Below are positions 50,282-58,685 of a stretch of DNA of 60,237 bases, piece by piece. This DNA comes from Thermoanaerobaculia bacterium (GTDB lineage: Bacteria; Acidobacteriota; Thermoanaerobaculia; Gp7-AA8). The stretch covers positions 1 to 60,237 of the forward strand of contig JBPPMG010000108.1 of assembly GCA_051305935.1 (NCBI GenBank). Direction: 5' to 3'. The notes under the pieces were generated by a model, which was not told the origin of the DNA, did not search any database, and worked only from the letters and a program-made list of their open reading frames with translations. Position numbers and translations under genes: made by a program. Each line of letters starts with the position of its first letter. Position 1 is the first letter of the stretch.

Positions 50282-52669
50282 ATGGCCAAGGACAAAGGCA
50301 GGAAGAAGAACTCGAAAGAATCGAAGCGCGAGCAGTTGCTCGACCGGGAGATCGCGATCCCCGAGGCAGAAGCTGCAGAGTCGGACTCGGCGCTCGCCCC
50401 GCCCGACGCGCAGCCGGACACCGCCGCGAAGGCTGAGCCCGAGCTCAAGGTCACGCTCGGAAGCATGGATCCAGCCGCGGCCGCCGAACTTCACGCGCTC
50501 GAGGCGACGCTGCCTTCCGTGAAGGTGACCTCGAAGCTCGCGAAGCGGAAGGCAGTCGCAAAAACGAAGTCCGAATCGAAGAAGATCGCAACGCCAGTTA
50601 GAAAACCAGCAGCCGTGAATGCGAAGAAGAAGGCGACCGCAAAAGTGCAGATGAATGTCGAAGCGCCTCCGCTCGAGCTCGAAGAGCAGGACATCTACTT
50701 TTTCCACGAAGGGACGCACCGGCGGCTTCACGAAAAGCTCGGCGCGCACACCACGAAGAAGGACGGCGTTCCAGGTGTCCGGTTCGCCGTCTGGGCGCCG
50801 AACGCGCGCGAGGTCTCGGTCGTAGGGGATTTCAACGACTGGAACGGGGCGAGCCACCCGCTCTTGCCGCACGGATCGTCCGGTATCTGGGAAGGTTTCA
50901 TCCCCGGGATCGGCAAGGGCTACGTTTACAAGTACCACGTGGTCTCCGGGCATCGCGACTACACGAGCGACCGCGCCGATCCATTCGGGTTCATGCACGA
51001 AAACCCGCCCGACACCGCCTCGGTCGTCTGGGACCTCGACTACCAGTGGAACGACGCCGAGTGGATGGCGAGGCGCGCCGAGGCGGAGCCGCTCAACGAG
51101 CCGATGTCGATCTACGAGATCCATCTCGGATCGTGGCGGCGCGTTCCGGAGGAAGGCGAGCGGTTCCTGACCTACCGCGAGCTGGCCGAGACACTTCCGG
51201 CTTACCTGAACACGATGGGCTTCACGCACGTCGAAATGATGCCGGTGATGGAGCATCCGTTCTACGGCTCGTGGGGCTACCAGGCGACCGGTTTCTTCGC
51301 GGCGACGAGCCGCTTCGGAACTCCGCAGGACCTGATGTATCTCATCGACCGACTGCACCAGGCAGGGATCGGAGTGATCCTCGACTGGGTGCCGTCGCAC
51401 TTCCCGACGGACGGGCACGCGCTGGCCTACTTCGACGGCACGCACCTGTTCGAGCCGTCCGATCCGCGCCGCGGCTTCCATCCCGACTGGAAGAGCATGA
51501 TCTTCGACTACGGCCGGCCCGAGGTCTGCTCGTTCCTGACGAGCAGCGCGATCCACTGGCTCGAGAACTTCCACGCCGACGTTCTGCGCGTCGACGCGGT
51601 GGCGTCGATGCTCTATCTCGACTACTCGCGTCCCGCGGGGCAGTGGATCCCCAACAAGTACGGCGGCCGTGAGTACCTCGAGGCGATCGCGTTTCTCCGG
51701 AAACTGAACGAAGCGGTCTACGCCGAGATCCCCGGCGCGCAGACGATCGCCGAGGAATCGACGGCGTGGCCGCACGTGTCGAAGCCGACTTACGTCGGCG
51801 GGCTCGGATTCGGCTTCAAGTGGGACATGGGCTGGATGCACGACACGCTCAAGTACATGGCGGAAGACCCGATCGCCCGCAAGTACCACCACAGCAAGCT
51901 GACCTTCAGGCAGATCTACGCGACGAGCGAGAACTTCGTGCTTTCGCTCTCGCACGACGAGGTCGTGCACATGAAGGGCTCGCTCCTCGGCAAGATGCCG
52001 GGCGACAAATGGAAGAAGCTCGCGAACCTGCGGCTGCTCTACTCGTGGATGTACGCACAGACGGGCAAGAAGCTGCTCTTCATGGGGAGCGAGATCGCGC
52101 AGTCGCGCGAGTGGAACCACGACGAGAGCCTCGACTGGCATCTGCTCGAGGATCCGGGTCACGCCGGCGTGCAGCGGTTCGTACAGGATCTCAACGCGCT
52201 CTACCGCGCGCAGCCCGCGCTCTGGGAGCTCGATACGCTTCCGCAGGGTTTCGAGTGGATCGACTGCAACGACTGGGAACAGAGCATCGTGGCGGTGCTG
52301 CGCCGCGGGGAGACGCAGGGCGAGGAGATCATCGCGGTGCTCAACTTCACGCCGGTCGTCCGCTACGACTACCGGGTCGGCGCGCCGCGTGCCGGAACCT
52401 GGAGCGAGATCCTCAACAGCGACGCCGACACCTACGGCGGCAGCGGCATCGGGAACATGGGGTCGGTCGTCGCGGTCGAGCAGGCGCACCACGGGCGGCC
52501 CGCGTCGATGAGCGTGACGCTTCCGCCTCTCGGCGCCGTGTTCTTCCGAAATTTCGAGCCGATGCCGGACGATGAGCGAGGCCCGTTCGGGCCCTCGTCG
52601 GAAGGCGGGTCGGATCCTTCGGCGAGGCCGGCGAAGAAAGCGGCGAAGAAGCCCACGAAGAGAAAGTAG
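50282..52669 (+). CDS. glgB: 1,4-alpha-glucan branching enzyme with Lys-rich N- and C-terminal extensions
   Basis: GH13 core: ...VRFAVWAPNA...GVILDWVPSHF...LRVDAVASMLY...IAEESTAW...LSHDEV... The conserved core begins near the ATG at 50651. The upstream 123 codons look coding. Confidence 0.9.
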   Translation: MAKDKGRKKNSKESKREQLLDREIAIPEAEAAESDSALAPPDAQPDTAAKAEPELKVTLGSMDPAAAAELHALEATLPSVKVTSKLAKRKAVAKTKSESKKIATPVRKPAAVNAKKKATAKVQMNVEAPPLELEEQDIYFFHEGTHRRLHEKLGAHTTKKDGVPGVRFAVWAPNAREVSVVGDFNDWNGASHPLLPHGSSGIWEGFIPGIGKGYVYKYHVVSGHRDYTSDRADPFGFMHENPPDTASVVWDLDYQWNDAEWMARRAEAEPLNEPMSIYEIHLGSWRRVPEEGERFLTYRELAETLPAYLNTMGFTHVEMMPVMEHPFYGSWGYQATGFFAATSRFGTPQDLMYLIDRLHQAGIGVILDWVPSHFPTDGHALAYFDGTHLFEPSDPRRGFHPDWKSMIFDYGRPEVCSFLTSSAIHWLENFHADVLRVDAVASMLYLDYSRPAGQWIPNKYGGREYLEAIAFLRKLNEAVYAEIPGAQTIAEESTAWPHVSKPTYVGGLGFGFKWDMGWMHDTLKYMAEDPIARKYHHSKLTFRQIYATSENFVLSLSHDEVVHMKGSLLGKMPGDKWKKLANLRLLYSWMYAQTGKKLLFMGSEIAQSREWNHDESLDWHLLEDPGHAGVQRFVQDLNALYRAQPALWELDTLPQGFEWIDCNDWEQSIVAVLRRGETQGEEIIAVLNFTPVVRYDYRVGAPRAGTWSEILNSDADTYGGSGIGNMGSVVAVEQAHHGRPASMSVTLPPLGAVFFRNFEPMPDDERGPFGPSSEGGSDPSARPAKKAAKKPTKRK

Positions 52670-52697
52670 GAGGCGACACGTGAAGGGAGAGCTCGTG

Positions 52698-53168
52698 ATG
52701 GCAGTCGACGCCGGGAACTTCAAGAAGGCGATGAGCCGCTGGGCGAGCGGAATCACCGTGGTGACCGCGGAGCACAACGGCGTGCGCCACGGAATGACGG
52801 TGAGCTCGTTCGCTTCCGTATCGCTCGACCCGCCGCTCGTACTGATCTGTATCGGCAAGGCGGCGCCGACACATGACACGATCAGGAAAGGGGAACGATT
52901 CGTGGTCAACGTTCTCGCCGACTCCCAGGAAGAGATCTCGATGCGCTTCGCGACGAAGCACGACGACCGATTCGCGGGAGTCGCGGTGCACACCGGCCAG
53001 CTCGGTGTGCCGATCATCGAAGGCTGCCTCGCGGCGATCGAGTGCAGGCTGCACGCGACGTTGCCGGGCGGCGACCACACGATCTATGTCGGCGAGGTGG
53101 TTCACGCCGACATTGCCGAAGGCTCGCCGCTGCTCTACTTTCAGGGCGGCCATCGGAAGATGGGGTAG
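52698..53168 (+). CDS. Flavin reductase-like (FMN-binding split-barrel) protein
   Basis: MAVDAGNFKKAMSRWASGITVVTAEHNGVRHGMTVSSFASVSLDPPLVLICI... I chose the ATG at 52698 inside track ORF 52572-53168. Confidence 0.85.
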   Translation: MAVDAGNFKKAMSRWASGITVVTAEHNGVRHGMTVSSFASVSLDPPLVLICIGKAAPTHDTIRKGERFVVNVLADSQEEISMRFATKHDDRFAGVAVHTGQLGVPIIEGCLAAIECRLHATLPGGDHTIYVGEVVHADIAEGSPLLYFQGGHRKMG

Positions 53169-53299
53169 CGCAAAGAGTTAGGCTCTCCCCAGCTCCACCG
53201 GTTCTACCTAATGTAGAAATTTTGACATCGCGCCGTAACCGAGGGAACCTCGGTGGATGAGGGAGATGACGTTCGCGCCGCGAGTTCCGGATCAACGCC

Positions 53300-53356
53300 C
53301 CGTGTTACACGGAACCGCGATTCGTCCCAACACCGACCCCGACCTGTGTTACACAG
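53300..53356. promoter_or_regulatory. Pair of 13-bp palindromes CYGTGTTACACRG (putative operator pair)
   Basis: CCGTGTTACACGG (53300-53312) and CTGTGTTACACAG (53344-53356). Centres are 44 bp apart, about 150-200 bp upstream of the first cassette ORF. Confidence 0.45.
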
Positions 53357-53506
53357 AACACGGTAGCGGCCGCGAAGCATGAGAAACTGCCAGAAGTCAT
53401 GAGACACGAATCACATCGTGCGAAGTCCCACCGGCGGGCCGTTCCGCAAAGGGTCGCGACTCTTAGTCCGGATAATCGGGTTGGTGAGTTAGCCGCCTAG
53501 AGAGAC

Positions 53507-54817
53507 ATGATGTCCGCCGAAAACGAGGCACAACCACCGGAAGAGCCCAAACCCAAACCACCGGGACCGCGAAAGCACTTTTCTCACGCACTGGAACGCT
53601 TTGTCACAAATGTGGATAGTCTCGCGACAACGTTGCCGCTGGCGATGTCAGCAATCCAGGCTGCACAGAAGGCGTCAGGCGAAACGCTAAAGCAGTTCAT
53701 CGACCAATACGCGACTACCGAGGAGCGCGGACGCGAACTATTGGTTAAGGTGGCCCCGGACCATTGGCTGCGGTTCAACAAGTTGTCGGGACGTCGCCGG
53801 AAGTTCGCGATGGCCTCCCGCACGGTGCCCAGCAGTTATCTTGTGTCGCTCGTCAGCCAGTTCGACGCCTTCATCGGCGACCTCATTCGCGCGCTATTCG
53901 CAGCCAAGCCAGACACGCTGAACGTGTCGGAGAAGGCGCTCACGTTTAGCCAGCTCGCGGAATTCAAGACCATCGATGAAGCACGTGACTTCATCCTGGA
54001 AAAGGAAATCGAGGGTGTCCTCCGAAAGAGCCATCAGGAGCAATTCGAGTGGCTTGAGGGAAGATTTGGATTGCCCCTGCGGAAGGGTCTAGATTCGTGG
54101 CCCCGCTTCATCGAGCTAACCGAGAGACGAAATCTTCTCGTCCACACGGGTGGCGTGGTTTCGTCGCAGTACCTGCAAGTATGTAAGGCCGCCGGTGTCG
54201 CTCTGGAGAAGGACGCGGCGGTCGGGAAAACTCTGAAAGTGTCGCGTGGATATTTTGATGCGGCGTATGAGATCACATTCGAGATAGCAGTCAAACTCGC
54301 CCACGTTCTCTGGCGCAAGGTTCTTCCCGAGGAGCGAAGAGATGCCGACGAGAATCTCAGCAGAATTTGCTACGAACTGCTTGAGGACGCGCGTTACAAA
54401 CTCGCGCGTGAACTCCTCGACTTCGCCACCTGCGTCCTGAAGCAGCACTCGACCGACGAGGTGCGACGGCGGCTCGTCGTAAATCACGCCCAGGCCTACA
54501 AATGGTTGGGCAATCTGGAGAAAGCCCTCGAAATCATGTCGGGGGAGGATTGGACAGCTACCTCCGACATGTTCAAGCTCGCGGACGCCGTGATTCGCGA
54601 CGACTTCGAGCTGGCGGCGAAGTTCATGGAGCGCATCGGTAAGTCGACAGAGCGTACCGAATATCGCGACTGGCCGTTGTTCATGGAGTTCCGCAAGACT
54701 GATGTCTTCCTAAGAACGTACGAGCAGGTCTTCGGCGAAGCTTTCACCGTGTTTCCTGCCGACGACCAGAGAATTTCAGCCTCACCGGGTCAAGGCGGTG
54801 ACGAAGGCAGCGGCTAA
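53507..54817 (+). CDS. Cassette 1: HEPN-motif (RNxxxH) protein with a C-terminal TPR-like helical region, unknown function
   Basis: 436 aa, all-helical by eye. ...FIELTERRNLLVHTGGV... matches the Rx4-6H HEPN motif. The TAA stop lies inside the RYYYAAC-like box of attC-like site 1. Confidence 0.8.
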   Translation: MMSAENEAQPPEEPKPKPPGPRKHFSHALERFVTNVDSLATTLPLAMSAIQAAQKASGETLKQFIDQYATTEERGRELLVKVAPDHWLRFNKLSGRRRKFAMASRTVPSSYLVSLVSQFDAFIGDLIRALFAAKPDTLNVSEKALTFSQLAEFKTIDEARDFILEKEIEGVLRKSHQEQFEWLEGRFGLPLRKGLDSWPRFIELTERRNLLVHTGGVVSSQYLQVCKAAGVALEKDAAVGKTLKVSRGYFDAAYEITFEIAVKLAHVLWRKVLPEERRDADENLSRICYELLEDARYKLARELLDFATCVLKQHSTDEVRRRLVVNHAQAYKWLGNLEKALEIMSGEDWTATSDMFKLADAVIRDDFELAAKFMERIGKSTERTEYRDWPLFMEFRKTDVFLRTYEQVFGEAFTVFPADDQRISASPGQGGDEGSG

Positions 54818-54912
54818 CTCAGCTCAAGCGGATTTCAACGCGCCACTCAAAGTTTGGTAGGCTGTTGAAGTGGCGTCGGCGCATTGAAACCGCTTAAAGC
54901 GAGGCGTTAGGC
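54812..54912 (+). repeat. attC-like site 1
   Basis: GGCTAAC ... GCGGATTTCAACGCGCC / GGCGCATTGAAACCGC ... GTTAGGC. The next ATG lies 15 nt downstream. Confidence 0.6.
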
Positions 54913-54927
54913 CGCTGAAGATCGACC

Positions 54928-55650
54928 ATGCAAGCATCTGCGAACCTACGTACTACACAGGCCGTTCTCGTGACGGCGGAGGACGTTTCGTCCTTGTCCC
55001 GAGCAATCGCGAAACACCTTCCACCTCTCACGGCCGAAGCTGAATGCACCGACGGTCTGACACGGCGGTTTCAAACCGTCGAAGAACTAGTGGAATACGA
55101 CAACTCGCCGTCGCGCGCAGTAGAATCGCTAACGCTCGAGAGTAGATCCGTGGATTACAACACCTCGCTCTCGTTGAGCCTTGAATCGACTGTCATTTCG
55201 AATATCCGTTATTCAGTGCGTGGCGAAGAGGAAGTCGTGCTGGCCCTCAAGTCGGCACTTGAGGGATTCCTCTCCGCGACTCGACCCTCATATTGGTTGT
55301 TTTGTAAGCTCAGCGTCTCGATGGTTTCGGCCACTCTCCTGGCGCTCGTTCTAATCAGCATTGTCGTGCGAAACTTCACGGAATTGGTGAGCCCACTCGG
55401 CAAGACTCCCGGATGGTCCGGTGTTGGGCTTGTCGTTGTAATCATGGTCACAGCCTCCACCATCATGCCGCTACTGCTGCAGAGCTGGACCGATCGACTT
55501 CGAAAGTATCTCTTTCCCACGTCCCACTTTGCATGGCAGCAGGGGGCGAAGCGCGCCAAGCATCTCTCGTTCGTCCGGAGTGTCGTGCTCCTGGGCTTCA
55601 CTGTCGGTGTTTTCGCTAGTCTGGTCGCGACATGGCTGGCGCGAGCATGA
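54928..55650 (+). CDS. Cassette 2: hypothetical protein with an N-terminal soluble domain and three C-terminal TM segments
   Basis: 240 aa. Hydrophobic segments: LSVSMVSATLLALVLISIVV, GVGLVVVIMVTASTIMPLLL, VVLLGFTVGVFASLVATWL. I recognise no family. Confidence 0.7.
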   Translation: MQASANLRTTQAVLVTAEDVSSLSRAIAKHLPPLTAEAECTDGLTRRFQTVEELVEYDNSPSRAVESLTLESRSVDYNTSLSLSLESTVISNIRYSVRGEEEVVLALKSALEGFLSATRPSYWLFCKLSVSMVSATLLALVLISIVVRNFTELVSPLGKTPGWSGVGLVVVIMVTASTIMPLLLQSWTDRLRKYLFPTSHFAWQQGAKRAKHLSFVRSVVLLGFTVGVFASLVATWLARA

Positions 55651-55666
55651 CGCAGGACGGATCGCG

Positions 55667-55770
55667 GTCTAACTCGTCGTTGCTGCGGATTTCAACGCGC
55701 CGCTCAAACGTTTGGCAACCTGTGCGTGCTCCGCGGGCGCGTTGAAACCGCTCAGCAGTAACCGTTAGGC
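55667..55770 (+). repeat. attC-like site 2
   Basis: GTCTAAC (perfect RYYYAAC) ... GCGGATTTCAACGCGCC / GGCGCGTTGAAACCGC ... GTTAGGC (perfect GTTRRRY). Confidence 0.65.
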
Positions 55771-55924
55771 GGCGTTGCTCCGTGACCTTCGACGATGTCA
55801 TAGCCGTTGGGCCACCGAAGCCCATGACGTCGCGTTCCAGTTTCTTCGCGAAACCTCGAAAACAAGCGCCTCGCTGGCTCGATCGCGGGTTCCACTGTTG
55901 GGTGCACCTTTGATGTGAGACTTG

Positions 55925-56965
55925 CTAAGCTGACGTGGCGAGTACTGCGGCATCCTTGCCGCGCTCCGGCCATCCTGCTAGCTCGAGCTGCCGATATCGC
56001 TCGACGGACTGTTCGCCTAAAGCGCTTAACAGGCCCTTCGCTACGCCTTCGACGACGGGGACGACAACAGAGTTCCCGAACTGTTTGTACGCCTGCGTGT
56101 CCGATACGACGATCCGAAAGTTATCTGGGTAGCCCATCAGGCGCGCACACTCTCGCGGGGTTAGGCGCCGTGGGTTCTTGCCGCGCTGAGAGATTAGGAT
56201 TTCGGATCCGTCCTTGTAGTAACGCGCGCTGAGTGTCCGAGTCGTGCCACCAGGATCGGCTAGCCCGAAGCCGAAACCGTTGCCGGCTTCCTGGTGTTTG
56301 CGGGCATAAGCCTGCAAGTACTCCCACAGCTTGTCACTCAAGGTGTACTTTGGGTCGACTCTTCGTTCCAAGATGTCGCGAAGTATCGGAGGTTTCCGCC
56401 TCGGCCGGGGCTGAGGCCAGTGCATATCGTGCGACTCACGAAACCCGACGATGAAGATCCGTTCGCGATGCTGCGGTACGAAATGCTGGGCGTCGATGAT
56501 TCTGTAGTGGACGTCGTAACCAAGTTCTTGCGTCAACGTCTGCAGGATCACTTCGAATGTCCGGCCTCCATCATGAGAGCGGAGGTTTCGGACGTTCTCC
56601 AGGATGAACGCCTGAGGGCGGTGAGCGTGGATGATTCTGACTATCTCGAAGAACAGCGTGCCCTGAGTTCGGTCAGCGAAGCCGTGAGGACGCCCCAAGC
56701 TATTCTTCTTCGACACGCCGGAGATCGAGAAGGGCTGGCAGGGAAATCCGGCGGTGAGAATGTCGTGCTCCGGGATATCAGCTGCCGTGACGGCGCGGAT
56801 ATCACCAACCGGCTCGTCGCCGAAATTCGCCTGATAGGTTTGCCTGGCAAACCGATCCCAGTCCGACGAAAATACACAGCGCCCCCCCAGGCGATCGAAG
56901 GCGAGGCGAAACCCCCCGATGCCAGAGAATAGGTCGATGAAGCGAAATTTGTCGCGCTCAAGCAT
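55925..56965 (-). CDS. dcm: Cassette 3: DNA (cytosine-5)-methyltransferase
   Basis: Motifs FSGIGG (I), GFPCQPFS (IV), ENV (VI), QHRERIF (VIII), GNSVVVPV (X). Confidence 0.93.
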   Translation of the reverse strand: MLERDKFRFIDLFSGIGGFRLAFDRLGGRCVFSSDWDRFARQTYQANFGDEPVGDIRAVTAADIPEHDILTAGFPCQPFSISGVSKKNSLGRPHGFADRTQGTLFFEIVRIIHAHRPQAFILENVRNLRSHDGGRTFEVILQTLTQELGYDVHYRIIDAQHFVPQHRERIFIVGFRESHDMHWPQPRPRRKPPILRDILERRVDPKYTLSDKLWEYLQAYARKHQEAGNGFGFGLADPGGTTRTLSARYYKDGSEILISQRGKNPRRLTPRECARLMGYPDNFRIVVSDTQAYKQFGNSVVVPVVEGVAKGLLSALGEQSVERYRQLELAGWPERGKDAAVLATSA

Positions 56966-57053
56966 GTCTCTGAGCAGAATACCTCGGAGTTCCGCGAAAT
57001 CCCAGGGCTGATTCGATCATCCGCTAAACTCTACTCACGGTAGAATTTGGCCC

Positions 57054-57467
57054 GTGGTCGACGTCCTTTCCCCGGCACAGCGCCGGAAGAACATGCAGAG
57101 AATCCGCTCCAAGGATACCGAGCCGGAGTTGCGCGTTCGCCGGCTGATTCACTCTCTCGGCTACCGTTTCCGATTGCACGGAAAAGGGCTTCCCGGGCGA
57201 CCCGACTTAGTCTTTCGAAGTCGGCAAAAGGTCATCTTCGTCCATGGTTGCTACTGGCACGTGCATCAATGTCCCCTCGGAAGGGTATGCCCGGCGACGA
57301 ACGCCGAATTTTGGCGTGAGAAGCGGAAATCGAATGTGACACGCGATGACCGAAACCTCTCCGCACTCCAAGAATGCGGATGGTCGGCACTCGTGATCTG
57401 GCAATGTCAGCTGTCGGATTCAACGGAGTTGGAGAATCGGATCCGCGAATTCCTGGAGGCACGATAG
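57054..57467 (+). CDS. vsr: Cassette 3: very-short-patch repair endonuclease
   Basis: GTG start. ...SKDTEPELRVRR...GRPDLVFRSRQKVIFVHGCYWHVH... Vsr hallmarks. Confidence 0.92.
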   Translation: MVDVLSPAQRRKNMQRIRSKDTEPELRVRRLIHSLGYRFRLHGKGLPGRPDLVFRSRQKVIFVHGCYWHVHQCPLGRVCPATNAEFWREKRKSNVTRDDRNLSALQECGWSALVIWQCQLSDSTELENRIREFLEAR

Positions 57468-58685
57468 GTGGCAATCTCGCTTGCATCCCTTTTCGCCGCC
57501 GTTGCTGATAAGACCCTGGCCCTCGTAGACCTACCAGAGGTCGGCTCGCATCAACACGAACTCAACGGCTCTTCTCATCTGCGTGACTTCTTTGGCACGG
57601 ACGAGACGGTACGCGGCGAAGTTCGCTGGCACTACTTTGCCGAGGATCAGCCACCGCTACACGATACCGGCTCATTCACCTTCTATGACTCGCGTGCCAA
57701 GAGTGCCGATCGAACTGGACGCTCCGAGTGGAGGATGTACTACACGGGAGATTTCCTGTCCGTTGCGTCGCCCGGCGATCTGCTGGTTCTCGCCCGCACG
57801 CTCCTCGGCGAGGTTCACGCGCTGGTTGTCCAAACTCAATCGAGTTGGGCCCGCGCGGTCGGCACGCTGTTCGGACTCGATTCAGGCACTCCACACTTTC
57901 GAATCTCCGCCAGTGACGAACTCGATCAAAAGACGTTCGAGTTTGTTTCCTCGCGAATCGTCGAGGAGCTCGAGCTGGATTTCGAACCACCGAGCGCCCC
58001 GGACTACGAGTCAATCGCTGCCCGCGAACTAGGGCGGGCCCGGAACGAAGGAAGGGATTTTCCAACGACAAGACGAATGGGTGATGTGTCGCGGGAGACC
58101 GTGATGACGGATACGGGCGACGTCGACGCCACGTTGTTGAGGTGGCTCGAGACCGAGGAGCGGATATTTCGTGCGATGGAACGTGAAATCGTCGAAGTAA
58201 AACTGCGGGCAGGATTCGCTTCCGTGGACGAATTCATCTCTTACTCACTTTCGGTTCAGAACCGCCGGAAGAGTCGCATGGGGCTAGCCCTTCAGAACCA
58301 CCTGGCAGAGCTCTTTCGGATTCATCGTGTACGCTTCTCAGCTCAGGCGTTCACGGAGAATCGAAAGAAGCCAGATTTTCTGTTCCCCGGAGCAGCGGAG
58401 TACCACGACCCGACTTTTGACTCAGCGCGGCTCACGATGTTGGCCGCCAAGTCAACATGCAAGGACCGCTGGCCGCAGGTTTTGACTGAGGCATCAAGAA
58501 TCCAAGAAAAGCATCTCTGCACAATCGAGCCCGCTATATCCGAGTCCCAGACTGATGAAATGCAGCGCCAAGGAGTGATCCTCGTGATTCCAGAGGGCCT
58601 GCAAAGGACGTTCTCAGCGAAACAGTGCAAGGGCCTACTGAGTCTCTCCGGCTTCGTCGATCTGGTTCGAGCCCGCGATGCCTGA
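57468..58685 (+). CDS. Cassette 3: type II restriction endonuclease with an EcoRII-C-like catalytic domain
   Basis: 405 aa. The GTG start immediately follows the vsr stop. C-terminal half: ...GFASVDEFISYSLSVQNRRKSRMG...NRKKPDFLFPG...LAAKSTCKDRWPQVL... This matches my recollection of the EcoRII catalytic domain, and the dcm+vsr context fits. Confidence 0.7.
   Translation: MAISLASLFAAVADKTLALVDLPEVGSHQHELNGSSHLRDFFGTDETVRGEVRWHYFAEDQPPLHDTGSFTFYDSRAKSADRTGRSEWRMYYTGDFLSVASPGDLLVLARTLLGEVHALVVQTQSSWARAVGTLFGLDSGTPHFRISASDELDQKTFEFVSSRIVEELELDFEPPSAPDYESIAARELGRARNEGRDFPTTRRMGDVSRETVMTDTGDVDATLLRWLETEERIFRAMEREIVEVKLRAGFASVDEFISYSLSVQNRRKSRMGLALQNHLAELFRIHRVRFSAQAFTENRKKPDFLFPGAAEYHDPTFDSARLTMLAAKSTCKDRWPQVLTEASRIQEKHLCTIEPAISESQTDEMQRQGVILVIPEGLQRTFSAKQCKGLLSLSGFVDLVRARDA

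Noticed and set aside
49994-53080. 1028-aa - strand ORF, the longest in the window.
   Set aside because: It is antisense to glgB and the flavin reductase gene. It has no recognisable motifs and an Arg-rich composition. glgB on the + strand carries all the GH13 signatures.
53014-53407. Short - strand ORFs (53014-53295 and 53204-53407) in the island leader, considered as a missing integrase remnant or regulator.
   Set aside because: They are far too short for a tyrosine recombinase and show no R..H..R..Y-type motifs. They overlap the flavin reductase 3' end or the palindrome pair, and have no RBS.
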